A DNA stretch of 64,000 bases from a virus (lineage: Duplodnaviria > Caudoviricetes), in the IMG/VR virus record IMGVR_UViG_3300045413_000192, positions 1,077-65,076 of that record, one strand, 5' to 3'. Position numbers and translations under genes: made by a program. Shown one piece after another: positions 8,889 to 18,275 of this stretch. Position 1 is the first letter of the stretch. The number at the start of each line of letters is the position of its first letter. Under the pieces are notes generated by a model. The model was not told the DNA's origin and made no database searches. It saw only the letters and a program-made list of their open reading frames with translations.

Positions 8889-9665
8889 TTATTTAAGACG
8901 CCTATTAAAATCTTCTTTTAAAAGAGCTAACTTTAAATTAATTAAGTTGTCTTGGGAAGGCCCAAAGGCTTTAGAGGTGTATGCATCTGTAATTGACATT
9001 CCACCCAATACGTTTTTAGGATCTACCGGATTAAACGTAACACCACTTTTTTCAAGGCTGGGGATTGCTCCTAGGCTAGCTTGAATGGCATTTCCAGTCG
9101 GTTCTCCAAACGCAGTTTGAACAATATCACCTGGAGGCGTCGTGAAAGCCTTTTGGTAAACGGAAGAGCTTGCAGGGGGGATCGCACTTAAAGCGCCTGC
9201 AAAGGGCATGTTGGCCCGTCTGGTTTCCTGTATTGTTTCATACCCAGCTTGTCCAGGTTTCACGTTTCGGGCGAGCGTTGGATTCGTTAGAGCAAAGATT
9301 TCCATCCCTAGTTTTTCTCTTTCTTCCCCCTTGGCCGCGTTATAGGCTTTTGCTAAGTCTGCAACGCGGTATTTTTTTATTAATTGATCTTGCTCTACAA
9401 GCTGTGCTACACGTGCTTTTTCCGCCTCATAGTTACGTTGTGCTGCAGGTGAATCAATGCCACCGCCTACATAAGGAATAAAACTAGCCGCATTGCCGCC
9501 ACCAATTCCACCGCCTGCGCTGGGGCCCCCCGCTGCTCGTGCTGCTGCGATTAAGCGCAATTCAGCATCACGATACAATTCACCAGTACTACCAACGGGC
9601 GGTATTCGTGCAATAGGAGAATATCCAATAGGATTGTAATATCGTGTCCTTGGAATTAACGCCAT
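8889..9665 (-). CDS. Hypothetical virion-associated protein
   Basis: 258-aa A/G-rich ORF in the late operon. Confidence 0.65.
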   Translation of the reverse strand: MALIPRTRYYNPIGYSPIARIPPVGSTGELYRDAELRLIAAARAAGGPSAGGGIGGGNAASFIPYVGGGIDSPAAQRNYEAEKARVAQLVEQDQLIKKYRVADLAKAYNAAKGEEREKLGMEIFALTNPTLARNVKPGQAGYETIQETRRANMPFAGALSAIPPASSSVYQKAFTTPPGDIVQTAFGEPTGNAIQASLGAIPSLEKSGVTFNPVDPKNVLGGMSITDAYTSKAFGPSQDNLINLKLALLKEDFNRRLK

Positions 9666-10117
9666 AGTTCGTGAAGGTAGATCCTTGTTCCTACTGAGAC
9701 ATCAGCAGGACCAGGTAGGGCTTGGATAAATTCAGCACCAGAACGTTCGTAACGGTATCTAGCCTGAAAGGGATCCTTGTAATTGGGTACGTAAAGAATC
9801 CCGGCAAGACGATTGGTTTCGTAAAGATAAATCTCATCCCAAACCTTAAGCGCCTCTTTCGCATTGCTAGAACGAATCGTGCGATCTACGTCACCAGCAA
9901 TGCTTTCTAAACGAGTGGAAGGAGAAGTGGCAACCTCTGTTTTCTTTTCGGCAGTATCGCAACGTCCAATTTGGATTGCAATTTTGTCATAAAAGTATGA
10001 ATCCGGGATTGTATTCATTGCCTCTTCCAAGCGGGCATAATCGCCTGCAGGAACAGAAACCGTGAAATATCCCAGGTGATACCTGACTCTGCTTTTGTCG
10101 AAGTCAGAGAGCTGCAC
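9656..10117 (-). CDS. Putative head-completion/adaptor protein
   Basis: Downstream of the capsid genes, with an N-terminal 'DKSRVRYHLGY' helix reminiscent of adaptor proteins. Positional inference. Confidence 0.5.
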   Translation of the reverse strand: MQLSDFDKSRVRYHLGYFTVSVPAGDYARLEEAMNTIPDSYFYDKIAIQIGRCDTAEKKTEVATSPSTRLESIAGDVDRTIRSSNAKEALKVWDEIYLYETNRLAGILYVPNYKDPFQARYRYERSGAEFIQALPGPADVSVGTRIYLHELWR

Positions 10118-10156
10118 TTCTGTTACTCGTTATCAGTTAATTATAAAAGCAAGTAA

Positions 10157-10876
10157 TCAACCAAAAAGCCCGTCTAAATAATCAGAGGTGGCTGCTGATT
10201 GACCCATTAAAAACGGATTACTGTTTTGATAAGAAGAGAGGAAACTGACTGGATTTAATGCTTGTGAAAGTAAACTTCCAACGAGTTGACTTTTAATTTT
10301 TTCAATCAGGTTGGGCTCTTCTTTCTGTTGTTTACCTCTTGATTGCACGCCATACATAAAGGCTTTTAAAATATCTTCCGTGCGAGAGTCCGTGGTACCA
10401 GGTGCTTCTGCCATTGCTTCCGATGGTCTTGTTGTTGCTGCGTTGGGAAGCTCGCTGAGATGAAAAACTCCCAACTCATAAGGCCCCGTACGCAAAGAAG
10501 ATACATTACCCGCTGAACCAAGACCTGCGTGAGTGGCGACACTACCGGATCCACGAAAACGAAGTTTAGTGCCAGGCGCAAGAGCAATATCCATTCCACC
10601 GTGTTCTGTAGAAGTTCCAGCGGTAGGTGCTTTGCGCGGACCCATCTCGCTGGTGACAGTGGCTGCAGGATTTAACGCAAAACCTTGTTGTTCTCCTCCG
10701 TATAACTGCGACCAGTTTTTGGTTCCGGGGGTAAGAACTTCTAGATACTGTCCAATATCTTTGCGCGCAATTTTAAGCGGAATTCTTTTCCCGTCTTTCT
10801 TTAATTCAAAGTGAAAATGAGGACCCGTTGCAACACCCGTTGCTCCTTGAGTTCCTAAACTTAAATACGAATCCAT
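10157..10876 (-). CDS. M23 family metallopeptidase, circularly permuted
   Basis: TGPHFHFE (HxH) lies at the N-terminus, ahead of TSEMGPR...HGGMDIA (HxxxD) and GN...FHLS. Confidence 0.8.
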   Translation of the reverse strand: MDSYLSLGTQGATGVATGPHFHFELKKDGKRIPLKIARKDIGQYLEVLTPGTKNWSQLYGGEQQGFALNPAATVTSEMGPRKAPTAGTSTEHGGMDIALAPGTKLRFRGSGSVATHAGLGSAGNVSSLRTGPYELGVFHLSELPNAATTRPSEAMAEAPGTTDSRTEDILKAFMYGVQSRGKQQKEEPNLIEKIKSQLVGSLLSQALNPVSFLSSYQNSNPFLMGQSAATSDYLDGLFG

Positions 10877-10901
10877 ATTCTTTTCTTTTTATTCTAAAAC
10901 T

Positions 10902-10927
10902 AAAAAACCCCTGGTTTCCCAGGGGCT
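10902..10927 (-). terminator. Rho-independent terminator
   Basis: Minus strand: CCCCTGG-GAAA-CCAGGGG followed by TTTTTT, after the capsid operon. Confidence 0.85.
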
Positions 10928-10942
10928 TAGTGGAGATGAGAG

Positions 10943-11353
10943 TTAGACGCGAATTAAATCAGCAGCCAAAACGGCATCCCAATCAACCCGCTTAATTTGC
11001 TTCAGTTGTTCGAGATTGTTAAATCTTTCACCCGACAGGGACATCTGGAGATCTTTAATCTCACGGGCTGTCTTGAGGCCGATGCCCTTGATATGATCTG
11101 CGATCATCTGGGCAGTCGCTGAATTAACATTCAGGCGATTATCAGGCGGGAAGGCTCGGGGTTCTTCTTTAGCTGCTTTATCTTTGACCTGAAGAGTTTT
11201 GACTGTTTTAGTCGCAGCTTCATCGGGTTCAATTTCATTTTTGTAAGCGGTGAAAAGACGGCCATCTTGGTCCTCAAGCATGAACCAATCACCGTTATCC
11301 CACTCACTTACAACTTTGACTCGAGCGCCAGTCTTTTTGTGCTGGTAAAGCAT
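10943..11353 (-). CDS. Helix-hairpin-helix (ComEA-like) DNA-binding protein
   Basis: RLNVNSATAQMI...IKGIGLKTAREI...RFNNLEQLKQIKRV. Confidence 0.8.
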   Translation of the reverse strand: MLYQHKKTGARVKVVSEWDNGDWFMLEDQDGRLFTAYKNEIEPDEAATKTVKTLQVKDKAAKEEPRAFPPDNRLNVNSATAQMIADHIKGIGLKTAREIKDLQMSLSGERFNNLEQLKQIKRVDWDAVLAADLIRV

Positions 11354-11393
11354 GGGGACCAGAAGATTACATTCTGGTCCCAGTTTAGCTTAA

Positions 11394-12185
11394 TCAGCTG
11401 ACAGTGCGACCAAGAAGATAACCATCGATATCTTCGTAACCAGCGGCTTCATCCGGCTGGAGGTAACAAACTTCAACCACGAAGTAACCAGTTTTACCAG
11501 CGGACGAATCGCCACTGGAAATATACCAGCCACCGGAAGTGGAAGTGGCGGTTTGCGAAGCACGAGCTTGCACCGTGTAGGTGGCAGTGCTGGTGATCTG
11601 TTTGTACACGTTGCTTACCGTCACACCAGCGGCGCCAGTGGCAGTAAGGAACGGCTGGGTGCTATAAGCGGCGGCGCCAGCAGCAAAGAAGATCTCACCA
11701 GCCTGAGCACCAGAGGTGGTAGAAGTTAAGTTAGCCTGGGCCACAGCTTCGCCCACGGTACCAGTGGAGGTCAGGCCGATGGCGAAGGTAAGCACGTTGC
11801 CAGTGGCAGCATAAATACCAGAAGCCACGCGACCGTCACCCCAGCCAGAAGCCACGGAAAGAGTGGCACGGTAAACGTAAGCGGGCAGTGTGCTATCACC
11901 AGAGATCACCATGCCGGTGATGTCGGGACGGGTGTCGTCTTGACGATAGGGGGAAGGAACAATTACGTTGCCAGAAGCAACGGCACCTGCGCCCGAGGTA
12001 GCAGTAACGGCCACGTAACCGCGTTGTTGGAAATAACGGTAGCCGGGGACGGCCAGCACCGAAGTGGGGCCGCCCTTGGAAGCGTTATTGGTACTATCAG
12101 CGTCGGTATCAATATTTTTGTACCAACCGTTGAGGGGTTCTGCCCAGTTACCCGGGTAGATTTTCTTGGCAGACAAATAAGTCAT
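11394..12185 (-). CDS. Putative capsid decoration/minor capsid protein
   Basis: Directly follows the MCP, has a strong SD (CAGGAG), highly expressed codon bias and A/G/T/S-rich composition. Confidence 0.65.
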   Translation of the reverse strand: MTYLSAKKIYPGNWAEPLNGWYKNIDTDADSTNNASKGGPTSVLAVPGYRYFQQRGYVAVTATSGAGAVASGNVIVPSPYRQDDTRPDITGMVISGDSTLPAYVYRATLSVASGWGDGRVASGIYAATGNVLTFAIGLTSTGTVGEAVAQANLTSTTSGAQAGEIFFAAGAAAYSTQPFLTATGAAGVTVSNVYKQITSTATYTVQARASQTATSTSGGWYISSGDSSAGKTGYFVVEVCYLQPDEAAGYEDIDGYLLGRTVS

Positions 12186-12216
12186 TTATTTCTCCTGTTG
12201 TTTTTATTGTTGTTTA

Positions 12217-13374
12217 TCAAGAATCAGCAACAAAGCTAAACGCAGTGGTCACAAAGTCCTTATTCAGGATTTCGAAGCCAGCGTACAGTTGCCAAATCAG
12301 AATAATAAAGCGGCTGAAGTCATCGTTGTTGTTGATGAGCACCTGGGCATTAGGGCCGCCGATGCCAACACCAATAGACTGAGGACCAAAGAAATAACCT
12401 TGGGCCACTTCACGGCTGCTATAGGTGCCGCCGGTACCAGCAAAGGAAGAAGTAATATTCTTGGTCGGGAAGTTGGTCGACTCGAAGAACTTCACGCCTT
12501 CAAACTGAACACCAGTCGGCATCACAGGTTCACCAGCCAGGAAGTAAGCCTGACCAGCTTGGGGACCCATGTAGAAGCTGGCGTTGTTAGGCATCATGGG
12601 GTTACCCATGTACATGCCTTGACCAGGATTGCCAGCGTAGCGAGCGATCTCACGGAAGTCAGCGTCACGACGCAGGTGCATCATGAAGGTGGGATCACAC
12701 ACGCAACGATACAAACCATCAGCAAAGGTCGGTACGTTACGCTTGCGCAGCTCTTTAACAACAGTTAAAAGGTCAGTAGACACAGAAAACTGTTGATCTT
12801 TGGCGGTTACTTCAGCTGCGGTGTATGTAATACGACCGGACGAATCCTTGAGTTTATCACCAGAGAAATAATAACCACCTTGGGTATCAGAAGCCTGGCC
12901 GTTTGCCTCTGCTTTGGACAGTTCGTCAATGAAGACGCGGTCGCGCCAGCGGCGATAGTCATCGAGCAGGGTCAGAGAACCAATGCTCTGGTGGAACATA
13001 TTCAGGTTGCCGGTATCCAGCAGCAGGCGCTGGGCGGTAACCAAAGTTTCACGAGCAATTTTGAAAGTGCTCGGCTGGGTCGGATCGCCCGGGTCAGCAG
13101 GACCGGTGTATTCCTTCAGTACAACAAGCACCTTCTCTTTGGTGATGTTGCGGCTGTTGGCGGTACCGATGGTCTGGTCAGCAATGCGCTCACGGCTGTC
13201 CTTGGTACCAGGGGTACCCCAGAACTTGTAGCGATCTAACTGAACAGTTTGACCGGGCTGACGGGTGAAGTCGTGGACGACCACGGGTTCAACCGCCATT
13301 TCCGCAATGTAAGCAGGGTGGGGACGATAGAGTTCCGCACCAAGAATCTTTGGGAAGTCTGTATCAATGAACAC
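12217..13374 (-). CDS. Major capsid protein
   Basis: 385 aa in portal-scaffold-MCP order. Motifs PGQTVQLDRY, EY, DDFSRFIILIWQLYAGFEILN fit an HK97-fold, N4 gp56-like type. GGAGG SD and strong codon bias. Confidence 0.85.
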   Translation of the reverse strand: MFIDTDFPKILGAELYRPHPAYIAEMAVEPVVVHDFTRQPGQTVQLDRYKFWGTPGTKDSRERIADQTIGTANSRNITKEKVLVVLKEYTGPADPGDPTQPSTFKIARETLVTAQRLLLDTGNLNMFHQSIGSLTLLDDYRRWRDRVFIDELSKAEANGQASDTQGGYYFSGDKLKDSSGRITYTAAEVTAKDQQFSVSTDLLTVVKELRKRNVPTFADGLYRCVCDPTFMMHLRRDADFREIARYAGNPGQGMYMGNPMMPNNASFYMGPQAGQAYFLAGEPVMPTGVQFEGVKFFESTNFPTKNITSSFAGTGGTYSSREVAQGYFFGPQSIGVGIGGPNAQVLINNNDDFSRFIILIWQLYAGFEILNKDFVTTAFSFVADS

Positions 13375-13480
13375 TTTGTTTTATCCTCCAGTGTCGCAGG
13401 AAATGTGTTTATCGGGTGAAAGATTCAGACATTTTTATGTCTTATCTAACATAAATTTTAGCAGTTGGTAATTTATTTAA

Positions 13481-14095
13481 TTATATATACTGCATGGTGG
13501 GGGCTTTATAACGAGCCCCAGGAGAGTTGCTAGAGCCGTACGACTCGGGATCAACCACGTCTTGTTGGAAACCAGGGACGCCAAGTCCAGCAGCAACATT
13601 AGAAATGCCGCCGCCGACCATGCCACCAAGTCCACCTGCAACTGTCAGAGCAAGCGGAATGCCAGCAGTATTAATAACTGCTTGGCCCCGGCGTGCAGCA
13701 GTTTTAAGATCACTCCTCAACTTGGCGGGAGTTTCACCCGAACGAACAGCGGCATTCAAAAGATCACGAGAAAACTCGGCACTTTGAATTTCAGCAGGCG
13801 ACATTTGCGCACGTCTGGCAACTGCGCCAGGATTTTGAAGGCTAACCGCCCCGATGTTTCTCATTGCAGAAGCGGCTCTTCCGCGTAATCCGGGGATCTG
13901 AGTTCCAAGTGCGGCGCCAAGTGCTCCTGCACCTAAAGCCTCCAAGCCAAGTCTTCCAGGAGCTTTTTCTTCGGTCTGACCAGAAACAAGGCTACCTAAA
14001 GTGGCAAGGCCAGCGGCGCCAAGGCCGCCAGCCACTGCAGAAGCTACTGGATTCCTGCTGATTACGTTTGCATATTTGCCAGCAAGATTTAACAT
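13481..14095 (-). CDS. Glycine/alanine-rich hydrophobic protein
   Basis: Several GxxxG hydrophobic stretches. Lies between scaffold and MCP. Confidence 0.65.
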   Translation of the reverse strand: MLNLAGKYANVISRNPVASAVAGGLGAAGLATLGSLVSGQTEEKAPGRLGLEALGAGALGAALGTQIPGLRGRAASAMRNIGAVSLQNPGAVARRAQMSPAEIQSAEFSRDLLNAAVRSGETPAKLRSDLKTAARRGQAVINTAGIPLALTVAGGLGGMVGGGISNVAAGLGVPGFQQDVVDPESYGSSNSPGARYKAPTMQYI

Positions 14096-14098
14096 TCC

Positions 14099-15064
14099 TC
14101 ACTCCATTACAAACAGCTTGTTTGCAACAGTTTGAGGCTGAGCTTGATTCAGAACACGCCAGGCGTTCTGGGGGTCGCGGGCCATAATCTCATTGAAATT
14201 ACCCCAGAAGTTTTCGGGAGCCTGGGGAGCAGCGGCAGCCGGAGGAGCGGGCAGCTGACCCAGTTGAGGCTGAGCCACAGCTTGGGTAGGATAGCCGCGA
14301 GTCTCAAGTTGAGTTTCGTTTTCATACACAGGATAGGGCCCTTCGGGACCGAAGAACTTCAACGTGTAATCGCTGAGTACATCGGGGTTGGTCAGAATCT
14401 CGTTGTATGCCAGGTTTTCCTGGTGCTCATTGACAGCGAAATTGGCGTAGCCGGTAATAGTATTAGCGGCGCGATTTCCCCACGCGACGGCGCTGTCCAG
14501 CATTTGCTCCAGGTTTAGAGCGTAGTTGTTCAGCAGAGCCGGCGCTTCGATCCCGAACGCGTCCATCACTTGGCGGGACTCCTGGCCCATTCCCACCAGA
14601 TCCGCGATTTGCTCCAAGGATGGAGTCGAGAAGGTTTGGGAATAGTTGGGCGAGGATTCCTGGCTGGGAGACCAGGTCAGCGGAGCCGATTGTTGCGTAA
14701 CTTGGCTGCTGGGTTGGCCGTAGTTGGCCGGGGTATACGCTGTCGGCGCTTGAGATTGTTGACCCTGGAACGGGGATTGGACTGGTGCGCTCAGCAGGTT
14801 CACTACCTTGTTGAACGCCGATTCCCACGGATTGTTCACCTGGGAGTCCGCCACCGGTTGGGATTGGGGGGCGTACTGAATAGGGGCTGATTGGTAGCTG
14901 GGGACTGCCTGAGGTACCGCTTGGGGGTAGCTGGTACCCACCTGATAAGCCACCGGTGCTTGAGCCGGAGCTGCCTGCGGTGCTGCCACCACGTAGCTGC
15001 TCGGAGCGACGGCCACTGGTGCTTGGCTCATCTGTGGGGTCGATTGGACGGTAGCGTCCTGCAT
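14099..15064 (-). CDS. Putative capsid scaffolding protein
   Basis: Q/P/A-rich N-terminus and helical C-terminus. AAGGAG SD. Lies between portal and MCP. Confidence 0.7.
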   Translation of the reverse strand: MQDATVQSTPQMSQAPVAVAPSSYVVAAPQAAPAQAPVAYQVGTSYPQAVPQAVPSYQSAPIQYAPQSQPVADSQVNNPWESAFNKVVNLLSAPVQSPFQGQQSQAPTAYTPANYGQPSSQVTQQSAPLTWSPSQESSPNYSQTFSTPSLEQIADLVGMGQESRQVMDAFGIEAPALLNNYALNLEQMLDSAVAWGNRAANTITGYANFAVNEHQENLAYNEILTNPDVLSDYTLKFFGPEGPYPVYENETQLETRGYPTQAVAQPQLGQLPAPPAAAAPQAPENFWGNFNEIMARDPQNAWRVLNQAQPQTVANKLFVME

Positions 15065-16817
15065 AACTCATCTCCTTTTGTAAGGCTTCTAAAGTGCGAT
15101 ACAGATATGGGGTCAAATCCAATCGCGGGTCCGCAGCCATCGGAAGATCCGGTGATTGCGGGTGGGGGGTCTGCATCATTCCTCCCACTAGGCGAGCGAA
15201 AGAAGAGTATGCACCCTGCAATTCGTTCACCATTCTGAACGGGAACCCAGATAGCATCTCGGCCCGTTCCTCATCCGTTTTTGACGGGAAGAGGTATTTC
15301 AGTGACTCAATGCTATCAACACCTAATTCTTGCAGATTTCGAACAACAATGGAGTTGTTCAGAATATCTTGCGTCGTATCTTCGTAAACAGGACCAAACC
15401 AACGCCATTGGATAGTAACGTCGCCATCCGGAATAAGACCTAAAACACCTGGCGGAATTTGTTGAGTCTTCAAGCAAGCCATCATGAGTTGCTTGACTTG
15501 ATCTTCAAACATACCCATGGCATCTTCGTAGGCCATTAAATCCTCAGGAGATGCAGTTTCTGAAAGTTCCAGGGGCTTTTCTAAACCTGCTGCTGCGGCA
15601 AGAGTATCGCGGAAAAGACGTTCTTCCTGAAAAATAATTAATTCCAAGCAACGGCAAACACCATACGTGTAAATAGAAAGTGCTTTTTTCTTGGATGTAG
15701 CAGAAACACGTCCAAAGAGAGATTTGTATTCCGTTGCTGTGACACCAGCGGAAATAGACAGTTCGTCAACACCACCCAACGCCGTACGAATTTCTTCGCG
15801 ATACTGACGAGCAAAGGAATTTTGGTCCCCGGTAATAGCGTCAGGAACAATGTAACCAACTCGGTCGTTTGGCTCCAGGTTTGCAATAACCCGTGGAACA
15901 CGCAGTTGACCATCAACTCCGCGATAAATGGGATCTGCTTTGAATCGTGATTGGCTTAACGCGCCTGCCCCAGTAAAGCCGGAGCTGGCTGCAATAGATG
16001 GACGTTGAACAACAGTTTCACCACCCGATTCCATCAAGTCCGTCTTGGGACGAGACGAAAGAAGTGTGGGGTTGCCAAAGAACTGTACGTTTTTACGCAT
16101 GGTGCGAACCATGTCGTCATGCGTGCAAATATGATTGGCTAAAGAGTCAAATTCACCAACTCCTTCCGTAGAAAAGCCCTTAGCATTATTGAAAATTTCA
16201 ACGCAAGGAATAAAACCAAGAGTATTTTTAAATGTTTTAGTGCGCCCTGGAACCGATTGATAATTTGTATCGAAAGAAATTTCACCTTCTGAGTGTGTTT
16301 CCTCGATTGTTTTACGTTTAATTGATAAGCGAATATAACGCTTAACGCCGCCACGTCCCATGCCAATCGGACCAGAGACATTGCTCATTTCAATGTCTTG
16401 CTGGAAGCCCATACCTTGACGAACCTTGTAGCTATAGATGATGACAACTTCGTCTAACTCACCGTCAATGTTGTAAAAACTTCTGTACTCATGCTTCCGG
16501 AAAAAGTACATCCGGTAATTATTTTGCGTTGGGCGCAAATAAAAAAGTCCTTGACCGTCGCACAGAAAATAATCCCAGATAGAATCCAGGCGCGTATCAA
16601 GCTGGTTGTATTTAATCACACGGTCGATAAAGTCTTTGCGCTGGTTGCCAAAGTTGTCTTGCGCAGGAAAAAATTCGACACCTTGACGGATGCCAAATAG
16701 CTTCATTTGTGCAAGATGTGCTGCAACAATGCCAGTATCAATCGCTGCTCCACCGTCTTTTTCAAGGTAGGAGTCAATAATTTCTTTGAGCCTGGCCTTT
16801 GCGTCCCCAGCCATCAA
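14463..16817 (-). CDS. Portal protein (C-terminal ~200 codons overlap the scaffold gene)
   Basis: Lies between terminase and MCP. Motifs NTLGFIPCVEIFN...GVGEFD and FFGNP, typical of SPP1-like portals. Confidence 0.8.
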   Translation of the reverse strand: MMAGDAKARLKEIIDSYLEKDGGAAIDTGIVAAHLAQMKLFGIRQGVEFFPAQDNFGNQRKDFIDRVIKYNQLDTRLDSIWDYFLCDGQGLFYLRPTQNNYRMYFFRKHEYRSFYNIDGELDEVVIIYSYKVRQGMGFQQDIEMSNVSGPIGMGRGGVKRYIRLSIKRKTIEETHSEGEISFDTNYQSVPGRTKTFKNTLGFIPCVEIFNNAKGFSTEGVGEFDSLANHICTHDDMVRTMRKNVQFFGNPTLLSSRPKTDLMESGGETVVQRPSIAASSGFTGAGALSQSRFKADPIYRGVDGQLRVPRVIANLEPNDRVGYIVPDAITGDQNSFARQYREEIRTALGGVDELSISAGVTATEYKSLFGRVSATSKKKALSIYTYGVCRCLELIIFQEERLFRDTLAAAAGLEKPLELSETASPEDLMAYEDAMGMFEDQVKQLMMACLKTQQIPPGVLGLIPDGDVTIQWRWFGPVYEDTTQDILNNSIVVRNLQELGVDSIESLKYLFPSKTDEERAEMLSGFPFRMVNELQGAYSSFARLVGGMMQTPHPQSPDLPMAADPRLDLTPYLYRTLEALQKEMSYAGRYRPIDPTDEPSTSGRRSEQLRGGSTAGSSGSSTGGLSGGYQLPPSGTSGSPQLPISPYSVRPPIPTGGGLPGEQSVGIGVQQGSEPAERTSPIPVPGSTISSADSVYPGQLRPTQQPSYATIGSADLVSQPGILAQLFPNLLDSILGANRGSGGNGPGVPPSDGRVRDRSAGSAEQLRSKPGANAGQRRRVGKSRR

Positions 16818-16960
16818 CTATTTGCCTTTTTATCTTTATTGATCTTAGCAGTCTTCGCTTGCTTCTTCAGGCGAAGCCACTTGTTAAAGAAAAGAAGTTC
16901 AGCTGGCAAATACAGTTCAGGATGACGGAGCGCTCGTTTGACAAGTTTTTTAGTTTTCAT
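16814..16960 (-). CDS. Small basic protein (48 aa)
   Basis: MKTKKLVKRALRHPELYLPAELLFFNKWLRLKKQAK..., coupled to both neighbours. Confidence 0.6.
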   Translation of the reverse strand: MKTKKLVKRALRHPELYLPAELLFFNKWLRLKKQAKTAKINKDKKANS

Positions 16961-17166
16961 TTTGTCTCCTTGTAACGTTTAGCTGCACGTGCAGCCTTAC
17001 CTGCTCTTTTTGCCGAGGGTGTATTCGAAATAAACTGTTTGCCCTTTTTGCTTCCCTCTCGTTTTTTGCGATCAGTTTCTTCTCTTTCTTCTTTCGACAA
17101 AGAAGCCCAGGCGCTCTCTGGTAGGTACCGCTTTGTGTATCCTTTTTGAATTGCTTTGTCTGTCAT
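16957..17166 (-). CDS. Small basic protein, C-terminal half of a DUF5872-like family
   Basis: KRYLPESAWASLS.EER..TDRKKR.GSKKGKQF..NT. Confidence 0.65.
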   Translation of the reverse strand: MTDKAIQKGYTKRYLPESAWASLSKEEREETDRKKREGSKKGKQFISNTPSAKRAGKAARAAKRYKETK

Positions 17167-17168
17167 GA

Positions 17169-18275
17169 TTAATAACCAATTGTCAAACGTTTGTTTGGAT
17201 TTGTTATGTAATCGTATAAAGCTTGTTCTGCTTGATTGCGAGATTTTAATTGGATTTCATCTCCTTTCATTGACAAAACATGTTGTTTTGGATCATATCC
17301 ATACTTAGAAAGAGACTGTTCCATTGGGGTTAACTGTGTTCCTTTAAAAGCTCTCATCGCTGTTCCTAACAAACCACTAAATGCTTCTGTACCGCGAGAG
17401 GCAAGTTCTGCCACAACACCTTGAGCAAAACCAGGATATAAAGCGTCGGCTAAATAACTTCCTTTTGCAATTAAATTTTTCCGGTGGTCCCAGGGGACGC
17501 CAGCTTTTTGGGCTAAGGGCATGCCATAGCGATCGGCTCGTGCTTCCATTCGTAATCTACTTTGGTTTGCACCTAAACCGCCAAGCGCTCCTTCAATACC
17601 AGCACCAAGTAAAGAATTTGATTCATCATCTTTTAATCCGCCAACACCAACAACTAGAGCACCAGGGCTAAGTCGATTCATTTGCTCTTTCTTTAGAAAT
17701 TTTGTTAAACCTTCTGGCGTTTGTATTTCTTTTAAATAAGAATATGAACTAGGGTTTTTGTAAAAATCAATAGCATGACCAAGTTCATGGGCAAGAATCC
17801 AGGCGGGAGTTTTTGGTCCAACCCGTATAGCTTTATCTTCAAATTCAAAATGAGGACCCATTAAAGAATAAAATCCTCCCTTTTGAAGGTCTACTTGAAC
17901 ACCTTCTGGAAGATCACCTGTACCTAAAGATTGTGGTTTTGTTGAAGGAAAAGTTGTACTCCAAATACCTGGTTGCCCCAATCGACGCATTTCAAGAGTT
18001 GCTTCAGCCATTAAAGCTGGAAATTTTTTTATATTTGTCCCCCATTTTCCGGATTCCATGTATTCACTTAAAGATTGACGTAAGGCTTGCTGAACAGGAC
18101 GAGCTGTAGTTGTTACTGCGTAGCCAAGAGCATCTTCAGGGTTGATAGCCGCAACAGTTTTACTTAAAGGATTTCCTGTGCCGCCGCCAGGTAAATAGCC
18201 TCCTAAACGTTTATCAGCTTCTTTGTAGCCTTGTCGAGCTTTATTTAAAACCTTTTGAAAGAAGTCGCCCATCAC
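17169..18275 (-). CDS. Zincin-type metallopeptidase domain protein
   Basis: WILAHELGHAID (HExxH), followed by MEARADRYG (putative third ligand). Confidence 0.7.
   Translation of the reverse strand: MMGDFFQKVLNKARQGYKEADKRLGGYLPGGGTGNPLSKTVAAINPEDALGYAVTTTARPVQQALRQSLSEYMESGKWGTNIKKFPALMAEATLEMRRLGQPGIWSTTFPSTKPQSLGTGDLPEGVQVDLQKGGFYSLMGPHFEFEDKAIRVGPKTPAWILAHELGHAIDFYKNPSSYSYLKEIQTPEGLTKFLKKEQMNRLSPGALVVGVGGLKDDESNSLLGAGIEGALGGLGANQSRLRMEARADRYGMPLAQKAGVPWDHRKNLIAKGSYLADALYPGFAQGVVAELASRGTEAFSGLLGTAMRAFKGTQLTPMEQSLSKYGYDPKQHVLSMKGDEIQLKSRNQAEQALYDYITNPNKRLTIGY

Noticed and set aside
12289-13239. Long plus-strand ORFs opposite the capsid gene (and similar shadows elsewhere)
   Set aside because: Antisense shadows expected from strong RNY codon bias, with no motifs or initiation signals.
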